Shown in pieces: positions 51,860-64,000 of a DNA stretch of 64,000 nucleotides. The translations under genes and the position numbers were made by a program. Each line of letters opens with the position of its first letter. Position 1 is the stretch's first letter. The notes under the pieces were generated by a model that was not told the origin of the DNA, ran no database searches, and saw only the letters and a program-made list of their open reading frames with translations. Origin of the DNA: Octopus sinensis (taxonomy: Eukaryota); contig NC_043003.1 of assembly GCF_006345805.1 (NCBI RefSeq), positions 77,996,001 to 78,060,000 of the forward strand, in the 5' to 3' direction.

Positions 51860-52850
51860 GGTCGCACACCACAAGGTTTAACGGAACCTACTGAAGCAAG
51901 CCAGCACGATCGCAATATTACCACGGGCGACGGCGAGGCTAAAGCGTTGAGAAAGCCAAGTGCCCTCACGGGCATCACCTGATACCTCGGTGAGGCGAGC
52001 TGCCAACATTGACAAGAAATTCGCGGTTAGTGGCCCAGTCCCTCGGAGCGTCTCAAACGCCACAGGCTGGAAGAGATAGTTTACTGTCAAGTCCCGATAC
52101 TTCAGGGTTTTCTTCCGTTCGTCTACAGAGGCAGTGACCTTCCCATTAACTGCAGCATCCAGGATGTGGGAGGGAGCAAAAGAGTGGCAGACTGTGGCGT
52201 TCCAAATGAGGCACATACCTCTAACTCAGAGACAAGACCATCTGTTTTTTTCCGTCACTTCTGGATAACTCCGACGGCTCCAAAACTCTCTGTTTCCATC
52301 TATCCTCCATTATAACCGGAACTGACAAATCCAGTTCTCTCCACCGTGATAGAGCTTCATCCATCTCCCTGTTGGAATTAGTCCATGTTGGAGAGGAGAG
52401 GATGTGGCCTATCAAAAAGGAGCAAGTGTGGATGGAGAAAAGAAAACAGGGAAGTGATAAAGACGAGCACTTGTGCAGACTTAGACCCCCAAACCGTTTG
52501 GGCAAAGCAGCTTAGTCGCGGGAGTCTGGGGAGAGTTTGGCATTGACCAAGCATTCGAGTTTCCGGAAGATTAGGTCGTCAAAGTATTGGAGGGACGACA
52601 GAAGTCTGTAAGAGGGCTTAACTCTCAGAAAATACAATAGCTTAGGAATTGACAAGTAATTGGGGTTCAATTACTTCAAGGTTTTTTAAAAGTTGTTCGA
52701 GGTTAGCCATTTTGGACCTAAAGAGGGACTCGAAAGCTAGGTCAGTAATTGGGACTCCAAGGGAGCACCACACTTATGAAAGAGGAATTGCGATTGAGGG
52801 GAAGGAGTCAACAAATAGTTTAGTAGTCTGTTCATGCGAAGCTGGGTGAG
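51860..52850 (-). mobile_element. CRE-clade non-LTR retrotransposon 3' fragment with restriction-like endonuclease
   Basis: IPKLLYFLR, LPKRFGGLS, then IWNATVCHSFAPSH...KTLKYRDL...FQPVAFETLRGTG...REGTWLSQRFSLAVARGN. This follows the WD.T...K..KY..L...F.P.A.ETLG...QR.S.A.QRGN pattern. Confidence 0.8.
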
Positions 52851-53460
52851 GTAGTTAATTTGTACGTAATATTTCTTTTATTCTTAAATGTCAGCTGTAG
52901 TAAATTGGTGTCTTATCAGAACCAAAACGGAGCTCTTAGTAGGTGGTAGTAGGGAACCTCAAGGTTTCAGGAGACGAATATAATTTAGAATGGTACAGTT
53001 TCTGTTGTTGCTATTATTGTTGCGCTTCCCCACTGGTCAAGCAATTTATTATCAAACTGGACCCAGCAGTGACCATCTTGTCATTAATTTTTTTTTAAAT
53101 CAAAGACGCCATTCTCCTAATATGTTCTTTATCTATGACAGTAGAGTGGTATTTGGCTGTTATTTCTAACATTAAGAGATCTCGAAGAGACTGCCTTCTT
53201 GACTCCAGCAGAGGTGATCAAAATCCAAATACGTGATTTTCAAATTTGGATTTTCTTTCATTTGCATATTTCACTTCACCATTCAACCTGATGTCAGAAT
53301 ACCCCAATTGTAGCAATGCCCTCGGTTTCTAAAGTAGCGAGGATGGAAAACAAAGGAAATAGCTGGAAGGATATTCAACTAACACTCATTTGTCCTTTGA
53401 CCTTGTACAAATTATTTATGTACCGCAAGAGCTTATGTATCTTAATATATAATAAAACTA

Positions 53461-53670
53461 AGGCGGTAAGCTGGCAGAATGGTTAACTCGCCGGGCAAAA
53501 GAGCATTTCGTCCGTCTTTAGGTTCTAAGTTCAAATGCCGCCGTGGTCGTCTTTGCCTTTCATCCTTTCAGGGTAGATAAGATAAGTACCAGTTGAGCCG
53601 AGGGGCTTGATCTAATCGACTTATCCCCTTCCCCGAAATTGCTGGTTTTGTGTCAAAATCTGAAACCAAT
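53461..53670 (+). mobile_element. SINE family B variant
   Basis: GGCGGTAAGCTGGCAGAA...GCCTTTCATCCTTTCAGGGTAGATAAGATAAGTACCAG. Confidence 0.75.
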
Positions 53671-54317
53671 ATACAAAAAAATTAAATGTATGTAGTTTTG
53701 CATACATTCAGGTAACTGAAATTTAGCGTGGAGGTACGTCTTTTCGATGAGAAGGTCTTAGACTGTGCAAGTTTCCGGTTGAACAATTTTCTGCGTATTT
53801 TTATGACGTTTCACTTGAACTGTCGGCTGGACTGTTTGAATGACACAATATTCCCAGATCAAATGAAGATTACCAACTTCTTTTGAAACAATTTATTTAA
53901 ACTTCAGAGAAATCTTTTGATTGTATTTTTTCAGGTATTGGTAAACCGAGACAAGGCTGGGCGCTATTGCTAGTCATTGATAAACCCAAGCAAGGCTAGG
54001 CACTTTTGCTATTCCTTGATAAGTTCGGGCAAGTCTGAGTACAACTACTGGTTTTTCATGAACCTGGATTAAAGTAGGGCACTACCGCTGGTCCTTGATA
54101 AACACTGCTGTCTTATATGGGATAATGTATTCTCAAGTAAGCTATGAGTGACTTGCACACATAAAAAAAGACGAGCAGTCGTAGCTGGGAATCTTTGCTC
54201 AGAGGTTTGCTTGATTAGGTCTGACTCAGGATTATAAACAACAATGGCAGAAACTGTGAAAACACTCATTGTAATCGCATTTAAAAACAGGAAAACGCAA
54301 ACATTATATTTATCAAA

Positions 54318-54348
<31 letters not shown>

Positions 54349-55595
54349 CACAACATATACACACACGGCATTCCCTATACTAGCGGTTTGCAAACTACGG
54401 ATTGCTGATCAAATCTGGTCCACAGCCTTATTTCATCCAATCTGCTGAATTTAACGAATATGTAATGTTTCATAAATAAATGAAAATCTTTGATTTCTTT
54501 ATCCATCTTTGATAAATGAACAATAAAATTCAGTATTGAAAAGTAGAACAAACACCGGTCTTTTGAAGTATTAAAAAAATCCTTCTACATAGTTAAAAAG
54601 AAAAAATGATATTCTAAACTTATTTAAATGAGTGTAGTTCAAGTTTCCATTTTATTCAATGAATGGAGCAACTGACTATGTCTCATACGTTGTCATAATG
54701 TCGTTTTCATGAATCATTTGTCCTAAGAAAGGAATGAATGACAAATAATGTTAACTCGTCTGTTGAAGAAAGCAAGTGTGTTGATTAGCGTCACAGATAT
54801 TTCAAAGCTATAACTGCTACCTCCACCCCATTTAGCAAAACTAAAATTGCATAATCCTTCACTGTATACTTTGTCATGCTGACTTTTGTCTGGTTAAATG
54901 TGATGCAATTCCTTTATTTCAAGTGACTTTTCAAAACGAAAATAATATCTATTTAAAAATAACAACAATAAGATAAGCTCTTTTATATATCAACACGGTT
55001 TCATTTGTATATTCGTTGCGATCCACAAAACAAAACATTTCCAGTCCAGCTGGTTTACCCATCAAAAGTTTGCGGAACCCTACTCTATACTCATGTACAA
55101 CACTGCCAAACTATCACATGCTCTGTAAATGCTAAAAACAACTATTATTTCATAACCTCGGAAAGAAAGCATCTTTTGTGGAGCGAATTTTTCAAGAACA
55201 AAGGTTGTTTTCTTTTTAGAGGCAGGAAGAGAATGTTTTACAAATGTCAAACGAGCCGGTACGATGGTTCTCTGAAACTGACCAGACATCCCGCTTAAAA
55301 TAGCGAAATTTCTACTCATTCCCTATCAGTGAGAAAACAAAATATAGTTTGCATGCATATAATTCTTCTCTATTCATCATTGGTGTTGGACAAATTTAAA
55401 ATCTTCACAGTTTTATTTAACATGGCAATTTGTCAGTCATCTTTAATTCTCACAGCCCCCCCCCCACACACAGGAAAGCCTAGTACCTAGCCGCTTAGAA
55501 GAAACTCTTGTTACAAACTTCTTCATCCCAGGAAAAGCCACTGTTACAATATATCTTCTTATGTTTTACCTGTAAAGTGTCTCTTTCTTTTAGAT

Positions 55596-55640
55596 CAGGG
55601 GTAGAGAAACTTTTTAGCGCGGCGGACAACTCTCTCTCTC

Positions 55641-55674
<34 letters not shown>

Positions 55675-55775
55675 ACTATAATACATATGAAAGGATAAGT
55701 ATATTAAAAGAGGTCCGTGGGAAAATTCATTTAAATAAAAGGGGGCCTGGGTAGTGAAAAGGGTGGGAACCACTG
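55596..55775. mobile_element. hAT (Charlie-like) MITE
   Basis: CAGGGGTAGAGAAACTTTTT ... AAAAGGGTGGGAACCACTG termini. No 8-bp TSD seen. Confidence 0.45.
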
Positions 55776-56906
55776 ACAGACTGAAAAAGTGACCAGTGCT
55801 CATAGAGCTTCTTAAGACTCTCCGAGACTGGTGGGAGGAGGAAAAACGTTATCGTCAGACAGAAGACCTGCCCCTCTTAACCTCTGGAAATATCGAAGGA
55901 ACAGATATTGGTGTTAAACTGGGTGACGGATTAAATCTATCATTCAAAAGTGGGAACGGTTTCACTTATGGAATTGTATAGTCTCTCTCTCTCTCTCTTA
56001 TTTCATTTTATTTACATGGATTTAGGGTAAAATAAGAAGACATTTTCCCAAGCTGCCGTACTGTGAGATGGAACCAGAAAACATCAGACAACTAACCAAA
56101 CTTTCCAACTACAGCAATACTTCCAACCAACATTGCTGAATATTCTCACCAAATCTTGCAAATTTCAAAGGAAATATAGACGTATAGGTTCTGAGTTCAC
56201 ATACATACGTACGTACATACATATAAGGACATACCTAACAAGTGTGCTCATGCAAGTGTGTTTCCTCATAGATTTCAGAAAAATGGATACTTTGTAATAA
56301 AATTTTCTACAAATACCTTTCAGATAGTATAGATTCCGATTACATCGGAATTTGAGAAAAATTTTGTTGGAGGTGGAGAGAAGAGTTTCGGATAATTCAC
56401 ATGAATCGACTGCTTTAGATTACGATTGTATCAGAAATTAATGTGAAAGAACATAAAAATTGGTGGGTGCGCATACATATTGACATACATCACGTTACTT
56501 GAAAAAATTTCACGTTTCATTTTGTAGGTATATATGCGATGTGTGCCATTAAGTATGTGTGCGCAGCCCACCAATTTTTTTTAAACATTAAATTCCGATA
56601 TAGTAGTAACACCACCTGAAAGATATTTGTAAAATGTTTCATAAAAAAATTTGCACTTTTCTTAAAGTTATAAGGAAACAGAGTCGGTGGAGGACACACT
56701 TGTGTAGGAATGCCAAAAAGGTGATAGCTTTAGTTATAATCATACGATCGAATATTAAGTGTTTGGATTGTTTAGTGTTACATACATCAACAATATCTGT
56801 TAATCCCATCAGCAAGATTTCTTTTAATTAATTATGTTTATCAACCAAAGTCATATTAAACAATACCTTAAGAACATATCCTTGATCCAATCGACCTGAG
56901 GATACT

Positions 56907-57505
56907 TATTTCTTTGCTACCCACAAAGGGCTACACACAGAGGGGACAAACAAGGACAAGTAAAAGGATTAAGTCGATTACATCGACCCCAGTGCGTAAC
57001 TGGTACTTAATTTATCGACCCCGAAAGGATGAAAGGCAAAGTCGACCTCGATGGAATTTGAACTCAGAACGTAAAGGCAGACGAGATACCTATTTCTTTA
57101 CTACCCACAAGGGGCTAAACGCAGAGAGGACAAACAAGGACAGACAAACGGATTAAGTTCGATTACATCGACCACAGTGCGCAACTGGTACTTAATTTAT
57201 CGACCCCGAAAGGATGAAAGGCAAAGTCGACCTCGGCGGAATTTGAACTCAGAACGTAGCGGCAGACGAAATACCTATTTCTTTATTACCCACAAGGGGC
57301 TAAACATAGAGGGGACAAACAAGGACAGACATACGTATTAAGTTCGATTACATCGACCCCAGTGCGCAACTGGTACTTAATTTATCGACCCCGAAAGGAT
57401 GAAAGGCAAAGTCGACCTCGGCGGAATTTGAACTCAGAACGTAACGACAGACGAAATATGGCTACGCATTTCGCCCGGCGTGCTAACGTTTCTGCCAGCT
57501 CGCCT
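56907..57505 (-). mobile_element. Head-to-tail SINE family B trimer with shared TSD
   Basis: Three units with junctions near 57089 and 57274. GAGGATACT flanks both sides. Confidence 0.85.
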
Positions 57506-58699
57506 TGAACCAGAGGATACTACGAATGAAAAATGACAACTGTCTTCGCCCAGCGACATGAGCAATAAAACGTTGATTATCAAGCCAATAAACGTCCCTT
57601 TTTTATGTACTCATTCGACCTGCTAGAAATAATAGTTACATACCCCCAAAATAAAAAAAAAAATTAGATGTCATTTTGTTGTGTATGTGTGCAAAATATC
57701 TAATTTTTACATAGCTCTCTTAATTCCAAAAGACCCTCCACCACATGTTGGGTTAGGTTCATCGTAAAACATTAGTAGAGAAAACACTTTAATTTCACTT
57801 CTTGTCATAAGGTGGAGGGGAATTTATTTATTTTTTTTTTTTGAAAAATTGAAATTTTACAGAATCTTTTTTTCAGAATCATAATAATAATCTCCGTATT
57901 TTTCTACCTATTTCGCAAAGAAAAACTTTTTTTAAAGTGAAAATTTAAGAAATGTATGTGTGTGTGTATGGGTGGGGGTGAAGGCGGTGGTGGGGATTTA
58001 AATTTTGAAATGCAGATTTTTTTTTTTTTGCAGATTCGGAATCTCCGTCTTCGATGTAATGTGTTCATGTAAAAATGAAACCCCTCAAAAATCCCAAAGG
58101 GGGTGCGGTCCATGATCTTTACCTCCGCCCCAAATCACATACTTCTTAGAGAGGAAAAGAAACGATGTCAGCAAAAAACGACGAGATTATCATGGTTGGA
58201 ATGTCTTTGATCATAGGTCTACTGAATCAGAGCTGACCTGGGCCTAAAATAAACAAAAAAAAAACCCCCAAAAAAACAGACTATACATCTTCCTTTAACC
58301 TTCAATATTTTCTTCCCCCCTCCATCACAATATATTCAGTACGACCAGAAAATCTTGAATCTCTCTAATAAAGGGTCCTGTCCAAATATTCAGTTTATTT
58401 TTCCTAGCGGCAAACCATTTTATTTGACACTTCAGCTTTTGTGGTTTTGCCCCTGGTCAGCCTTAATATCGTAGACCTGAACAAAAGTATTAGTCTTGAC
58501 CGTCCTGTTTTCTTTAATTAATGTTTTAATATTTTTTTGAAGCCTAATATATTTTAGACTACTTTATCCAATGTGTCCTTTCTTCTTAAGACAGCAGTTA
58601 TAATACGAGGGAAATTTGGGTGCTATTTCTAGCAGGTCGAACTACCAGCTAGAGGATTCTTCCGTCAATTCACATGAACTGTGTTTCATATCAACACCA

Positions 58700-59866
58700 G
58701 ATCAAATTGGCAGAAGAGTTATTGTTCTTCGTTAATAGATGTAAAGTGTGACATGTCGCTGGGGGGCGTTGTGATCAACAGTGCAGTGAAAGAAATTTTT
58801 TTTTATTAAAAATAAAGAAAAGCAAAACCAAATAACAAAATAAAAAAAATAGAATTAAATCTCAAACTGAGTTTAACGAAATGCGATGTAAGTGTCGACG
58901 ACCACCACCACCGAAACAAACAGCAACAGACACCGATCTGTGAGTTTCATCAGCAGGCAAAGACTGTTGCCGCCGCTACTGCTGCTGCTGCTTCTCAGAA
59001 GGAAGAGGAGGAAGGGGGAAAGTACAAGTGAGTGTGTTACTTTAATTAGTGTTAAGGAAAACCTTCATTAAAATCAATAAGACCAGGAGAGTGTCTAGTC
59101 TGACTGACTTCTTCAACAAGGGAACCACTGTCTGTTAGAACTGTGGGCTCCCCTCTTTCATCTGTATGCACTGGAATTACGAAGGACACAACAAGTTGTT
59201 GGTTTATAATTCTATATTTCCAGAAAAGGAAACTATATCCACATCCGACAGTCGTTTGTTTATTCATGGTAGCTTTAATTAAAGGACTTCAAAGAAAAGC
59301 ACCAGTTAAAAAAAATAGCGCAAACCTCCCATATATATTTAGGAAATTATTGAATATTTTAAATTTTGCTGAACGAAGAAGGTTTGTTATACATGAAGAC
59401 AGCATGTCAGTTAAGAACATTTTATTCTGGTAATTCTTTTTGATGTTTTGTGTCTGTGAAATTAATGCATTTTAGTTGTTTCTTCGGTTTGCTGCTTCTG
59501 CAGTTGTAAGTCGTCTTCTGTCGATATTACTACTGCTGCTAAACATGCCATGGACTCTTTACTTACTACTGTCCTTGTCAATCGCTGACTGTCGACGGCT
59601 GTGGCCAGGACCGAACCTACAACTAGGTGTTTATTTATGATTATGAATTGTGTCGAGCTTATCTACTTCAATGTCATTTCTCTAACGACATTTCAACGTC
59701 TGCTCATTTAAAGTTCTGGTTTGTCTATGTCCACCGTTTCTACACCTCGCTGTTATGGTTTAAATGCTATGGAGAGTCAGCAGTGTTATTATTGTAGCAT
59801 GGAAAACTATTGACCAGGAACGAATTACAAAAGATAACTGAATGCTAACGATTTATAGTAGCCGAT
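58700..59866 (+). promoter_or_regulatory. Probable promoter / 5' UTR of the kinesin gene
   Basis: Repeat-poor, CpG-retaining sequence directly upstream of the exon. TSS not determinable. Confidence 0.35.
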
Positions 59867-59907
59867 ATGGATGCAACACAAGGAGATGCCGTGAAAGTGG
59901 CACTGAG
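59867..59907 (+). CDS. KIF21: First coding exon of a kinesin, most likely KIF21-like (kinesin-4); remainder outside window
   Basis: GCCGAT ATG GAT GCA ACA CAA GGA GAT GCC GTG AAA GTG GCA CTG AG|GTAAGT = MDATQGDAVKVALR, compared with human KIF21B MAGQGDCCVKVAVR. Phase-2 donor inside the Arg of the kinesin V.V..R.RP motif. Confidence 0.65.
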
Positions 59908-62170
59908 GTAAGTATTTTATTTTGTCTCTTTTCTCTTTCCTATATATAATGTATGTATGTGTGTCTATGTGCGCACATACATTGTCACATAAATTTGGTG
60001 TGCATTTTTTGTGTTTGGAAGGAGGGATATGTCGTAGACAGACGTGTCAGTAGATGCACGAAGGGAAGAAAAAGACTTGCAGCATATTTGTCAACTGGTA
60101 ATTGTTTATTTATCCTTAGCACTTTCATATCACTACTATGTTGATACATTTAATCCTTAGTTTGTGTGTGTATGTATATATATATCGAAGGGCCTTTGTA
60201 ACAAGTGCTTATCCGGGGTTTGCAGTTTTGTCCCCCTTATTACGAGGCTTAACTGCATTTCAAAGGAAGTTTTGGAAAGAATAACAGAATCCAGAGACCA
60301 CGTTTTGGTCAGCAAGAATGCTAATAATAATAATAATAATAATAACAGCAGCTGCATCGCGCGCGCATCTGTGCATTGTATGTATGCATAGTTATGAATG
60401 CACTGTATTTGGTGGTGCATGTAATTAATATATATATCAAGTACACTGTACACCGGATCCTTTTTATTTAACTGGACTGACATTGTTACTTCCTCTGACT
60501 TTCGCTGACTGTCTGTGTCAATGACCAAAGGAGCCTCTATACACTTGTTTGGCTAGAAATAGCAGCTAAATTCTTTCATATACCCTGCTGCCTTTACACT
60601 GGACAGTTATGTTTTTATGGTATGCTTAAAAATAGTAAGTAATAGTGTAGAACTAAGCATTAAATAAATACGGCGTGTAATTTTGCAGACTCTGACTAAA
60701 CGCAGTTCGTAACTATAACAACCGCAGATCTTAGAAATACAACTGAAAACAGCTCCACCCACAATATCTGACAATTAGGGAGTCATGCTGAGTAGGGGAT
60801 AAGGTGCACACACCCAGATAACATGTTCACAGAAGGCATTCAAGATGCAAATGGAATTAAAATAAGACTAGTCATTCTGTATACAGAAAATGGAATGGTC
60901 ATTTGGAATGCCTCTGATCATGTGTCTCCTAAGTCACACCAGGCCTGGGGCTAAACAACAACTGCTGTGTTGAAAATTAAACATGCCCCTAGCTCTAGTA
61001 GTCGTCTAACACATTTGATAATGTAATCCTACGGTGAACAATGCATAAAAAAGCACGAAGTGGTCATGACTAGGATATAATTGACAATAGTTCTGCTCAA
61101 CCAGGGTTGACTTTGGGTTAAAAAAACCCACACATTTTTACGAGTCAAGTAGGGAGAAGTGCTCGTTAAAGTAATCACATTATCTTCCTATAATGGGGAA
61201 CAGGTTCAAGTATTAAATCCCCGAGTAACAGCCGTGTCACAAATAGAAACCCTGTTGAAACGAGCGAAGGTGGAAGTCTCTACATGGTCGCTCGACCTGC
61301 TAAAAATTACAGCCAAATCGCAGTATGCAGTCTTTATTAAAAAGGCCACATTAGATAATTTAGTCTTTGATACACGCTCTCTCACACAAGTAATAATAAT
61401 AATAATTGAAACGCATTTGATCAGAGAACTGCTTAATCAGAACCGGCCTGTGGTTAAATAACCAATTCCAACGAATGCTTCTTAACGCTGGTTTGATCGA
61501 GGTGGTGGTGCTGGGGGGAGTGAAAGAAAGTGCAACAATTAGGTATAGGAAGGATGCATGCATTCTGGTATTCACTCTATTGCTGTTCACTCTAATTGCT
61601 GATTTAGAAAAAAGATAAATGGTATCGTTTCATGTTTGAATAAAATATGTGGACGCTGATTACGAAATACACATATCCACCTCTATCATTTTTTTTTTTC
61701 AAATATTTTTTCTCTTTCGTTCTATATTATCGTTATGTCAACATACACATAGCATTGTAGAATGCAGTTTCGTTGACGATGTTGTCATAGTGAACGTTAA
61801 TTTGTATACATACATAGAGTAAAATAGAAAATTCGTTCGTTCGTCATTCATTCATTCATCTAGCGGGTGAATGACTAAATCACTTCTTTTTTGCTTTGTA
61901 TTGTTATTTTTTGCCTTTCAACTCAACTGACAGGCATTTTTTTAACCGCCATACAATGCGCGCGCCCCTACCATCCACATTTCTTCGATCACATCCATGA
62001 AAATCACTCTAGTCTTCGATCTTCGCACACCGTTCTATATTTAGCTGACATCTCAGAATAGAGGGGAAACTACGTTGTTCTACGCATCAGTTGGTGCTGT
62101 TTTGCATGGATGGGAATCGTTGTGCTCGATATATCGAAGATTAAATGTATTCACCTTGTGTAGTGTTAGC

Positions 62171-62202
<32 letters not shown>

Positions 62203-63594
62203 GCGCGTGTGATGTTTTCTTTTCTGGCAATCTAATTCAATATCAACTGTGCATACTTAAAAACAACCAAAAATATAAGCTTGAAGTAAATTAATGCATA
62301 AGCGCTAAAAATGCAAAACAAACCTCAAAATCTTGTTTTCGGCGAGGTGACAATAAATATTTTTTATTCCCTTATGTTAATTTCATACAGCTTGTAGCTA
62401 TATTTTCATCTTTCTGCAAAGCATCATTGTTATGCTTTGTGAAATGATTATTTTTTCTTCGTTATTCATAATTTAGATATGTTTCTAATGGTATGTGATA
62501 TCATGACATTAACAATGTTTTTTTTTTTTCACCGATATCTACATTCCTATGAATTAATAATACTATATGAAATGTCGTTTAGTTAATTGCATCTTTTAAT
62601 ATTTATCTGACTAGAAGTGTATTGGTGTTCGATTTGACATTTCTTCTAGTTGTATGAAAACGTGTCCTTCAATTATGTAACTACTGGCATTGTACAGGAA
62701 TTCACAGATGTTTTGTTTACTGGCTAAACTATACAATACTGGGCTTATTGCACCTAAATGTGGGGCTTATTCATATTTTTAAAGTCGTGTTTACACAATC
62801 ATTTTAACAACCGATTTTTACTCAATGCAGACACTCACGTGTCTCCTCGAATTTTTTAACCTTATGCAATTTCATTCATTCCAGCACCCCCCCCCCACCG
62901 CCAGATAGGATGGAAAAAAATGAAAGGGTACTTGTACTTAAGCCATTGCCAGACACCCCGTCATTGTCCGTAACCGAGACTACGTTTTTTATTGTCCTTC
63001 CTTTTTTTTTTTAGATGGTAGAAGTTGATTTTAAATAATTTGGATGCTATTCTAGCAGACGGAACGATCGCATAGGTGTCCTCATGATAAAGAGGCAGTA
63101 GTTATAAAATATCTTTTCAGTGACAGTAACCGCCTCTTTTAAAGTCTTGTTCCTAATTTATATATATTACACTCTCATTTTTTAAATACAGAATATATTA
63201 TCTAATTTAGGATTTCACTGTTAAGACTTTCCAGTTAAGTCTTTCCGTATATAGTTCGCCAACAGTGTTTAAATTTCGTGACACGTGCAGTTAATGTTTT
63301 GCTTAAATTTCTTTCGGTTGCTAATTTCAATAGTACACAGCAGTCACCTGTCAACTTGTCTCTTTCAATTCATTTATACGTTCACGCCCAATTTACGCGG
63401 CAACTTAGTTAAAAAGTGTCAAATTGGTCCTTATCTTTCCAGTTTTTTTTTTTGTCTGTTAAGCTGATCATTATGCATTCTCATTTCAACGGGAAACCGA
63501 ACTGATAAACTTCGTTTGCTTTTTTTTTTCCAGCATTTTGAGACTTAAACACATGTTTAACATGCTTCGGAGATCTTTATTCCTGTCGCTTATA

Positions 63595-63770
63595 CCTGCT
63601 AGAAATTGTCCGTCAGCTTTCCCCTCATATCACGCTCTGTGGTTTTAGAAAGTGGGTATAAGACATCAGTTAGGATAGTCCTAGATATCCACGAACATTT
63701 GGATGGTTACGGCTGAAATGCCTTTTGATCATAGGCTTGTTTAGTCGGGATCAAGTTTTGACTAAACAAT
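63595..63770 (+). mobile_element. Old dispersed repeat (SINE/LINE tail-like)
   Basis: CTGCTAGAAAT...GGCTG(G)AATGCCTTTGATCATAGG...CTAAACAA motif recurs near 8020, 29390, 32100, 58200, 58620, 60550, 60900 and 61295. Confidence 0.5.
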
Positions 63771-64000
63771 TTCACCTAGGAAATGCCTAAGTTTTACCAA
63801 GGGAGCCTCTGTTAGTTTCTATTACAATTCTCAACGAGGATTTAACCACTTGTTGACATACCCAGTTCGTAATTTACAACAGCTAAAGACAATTAAATAT
63901 ATACCATGCGTACATGTAGCATACATGCTGTGCGCAACTGGTCAAATATTTGTTTTTATATACTTTTCCATTATTTCTGAATAACTCATGTTTAATTATT

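Noticed and set aside
55796-55981. 61-aa ORF with protein-like composition
   Set aside because: GTG start, no recognised family and no splice signals.

Overview
This is AT-rich eukaryotic DNA dominated by repeats. The tRNA-derived SINE families and the very long (TA)n, (CTA/CTG)n and (GATA)n tracts look like an Octopus (cephalopod) genome; that assignment is an inference. Almost all listed ORFs are microsatellite translations or transposon remnants. Recognisable elements are: a near-full-length, 5'-truncated RTE-clade LINE with a PHD-like finger (33.8-37.2 kb); an internally deleted Ty3/gypsy element with both LTRs and a triplicated tRNA-Trp primer-binding site (47.6-50.7 kb); several mariner remnants; Merlin, CR1, L1/Tx1, CRE-clade and Penelope fragments; Helitron, Helentron, piggyBac and hAT non-autonomous elements; and many SINEs. 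The only well-supported host-gene piece is a 41-nt first coding exon of a KIF21-like kinesin (59867-59907). The most notable signal is a set of type I hammerhead ribozymes read directly from the sequence. Two lie in a 433-bp tandem repeat (a candidate non-LTR retrozyme making a circular RNA), one lies downstream of a Penelope GIY-YIG fragment, two form an inverted pair, and several more are degenerate. All calls were made by eye; no alignments or folding programs were run.
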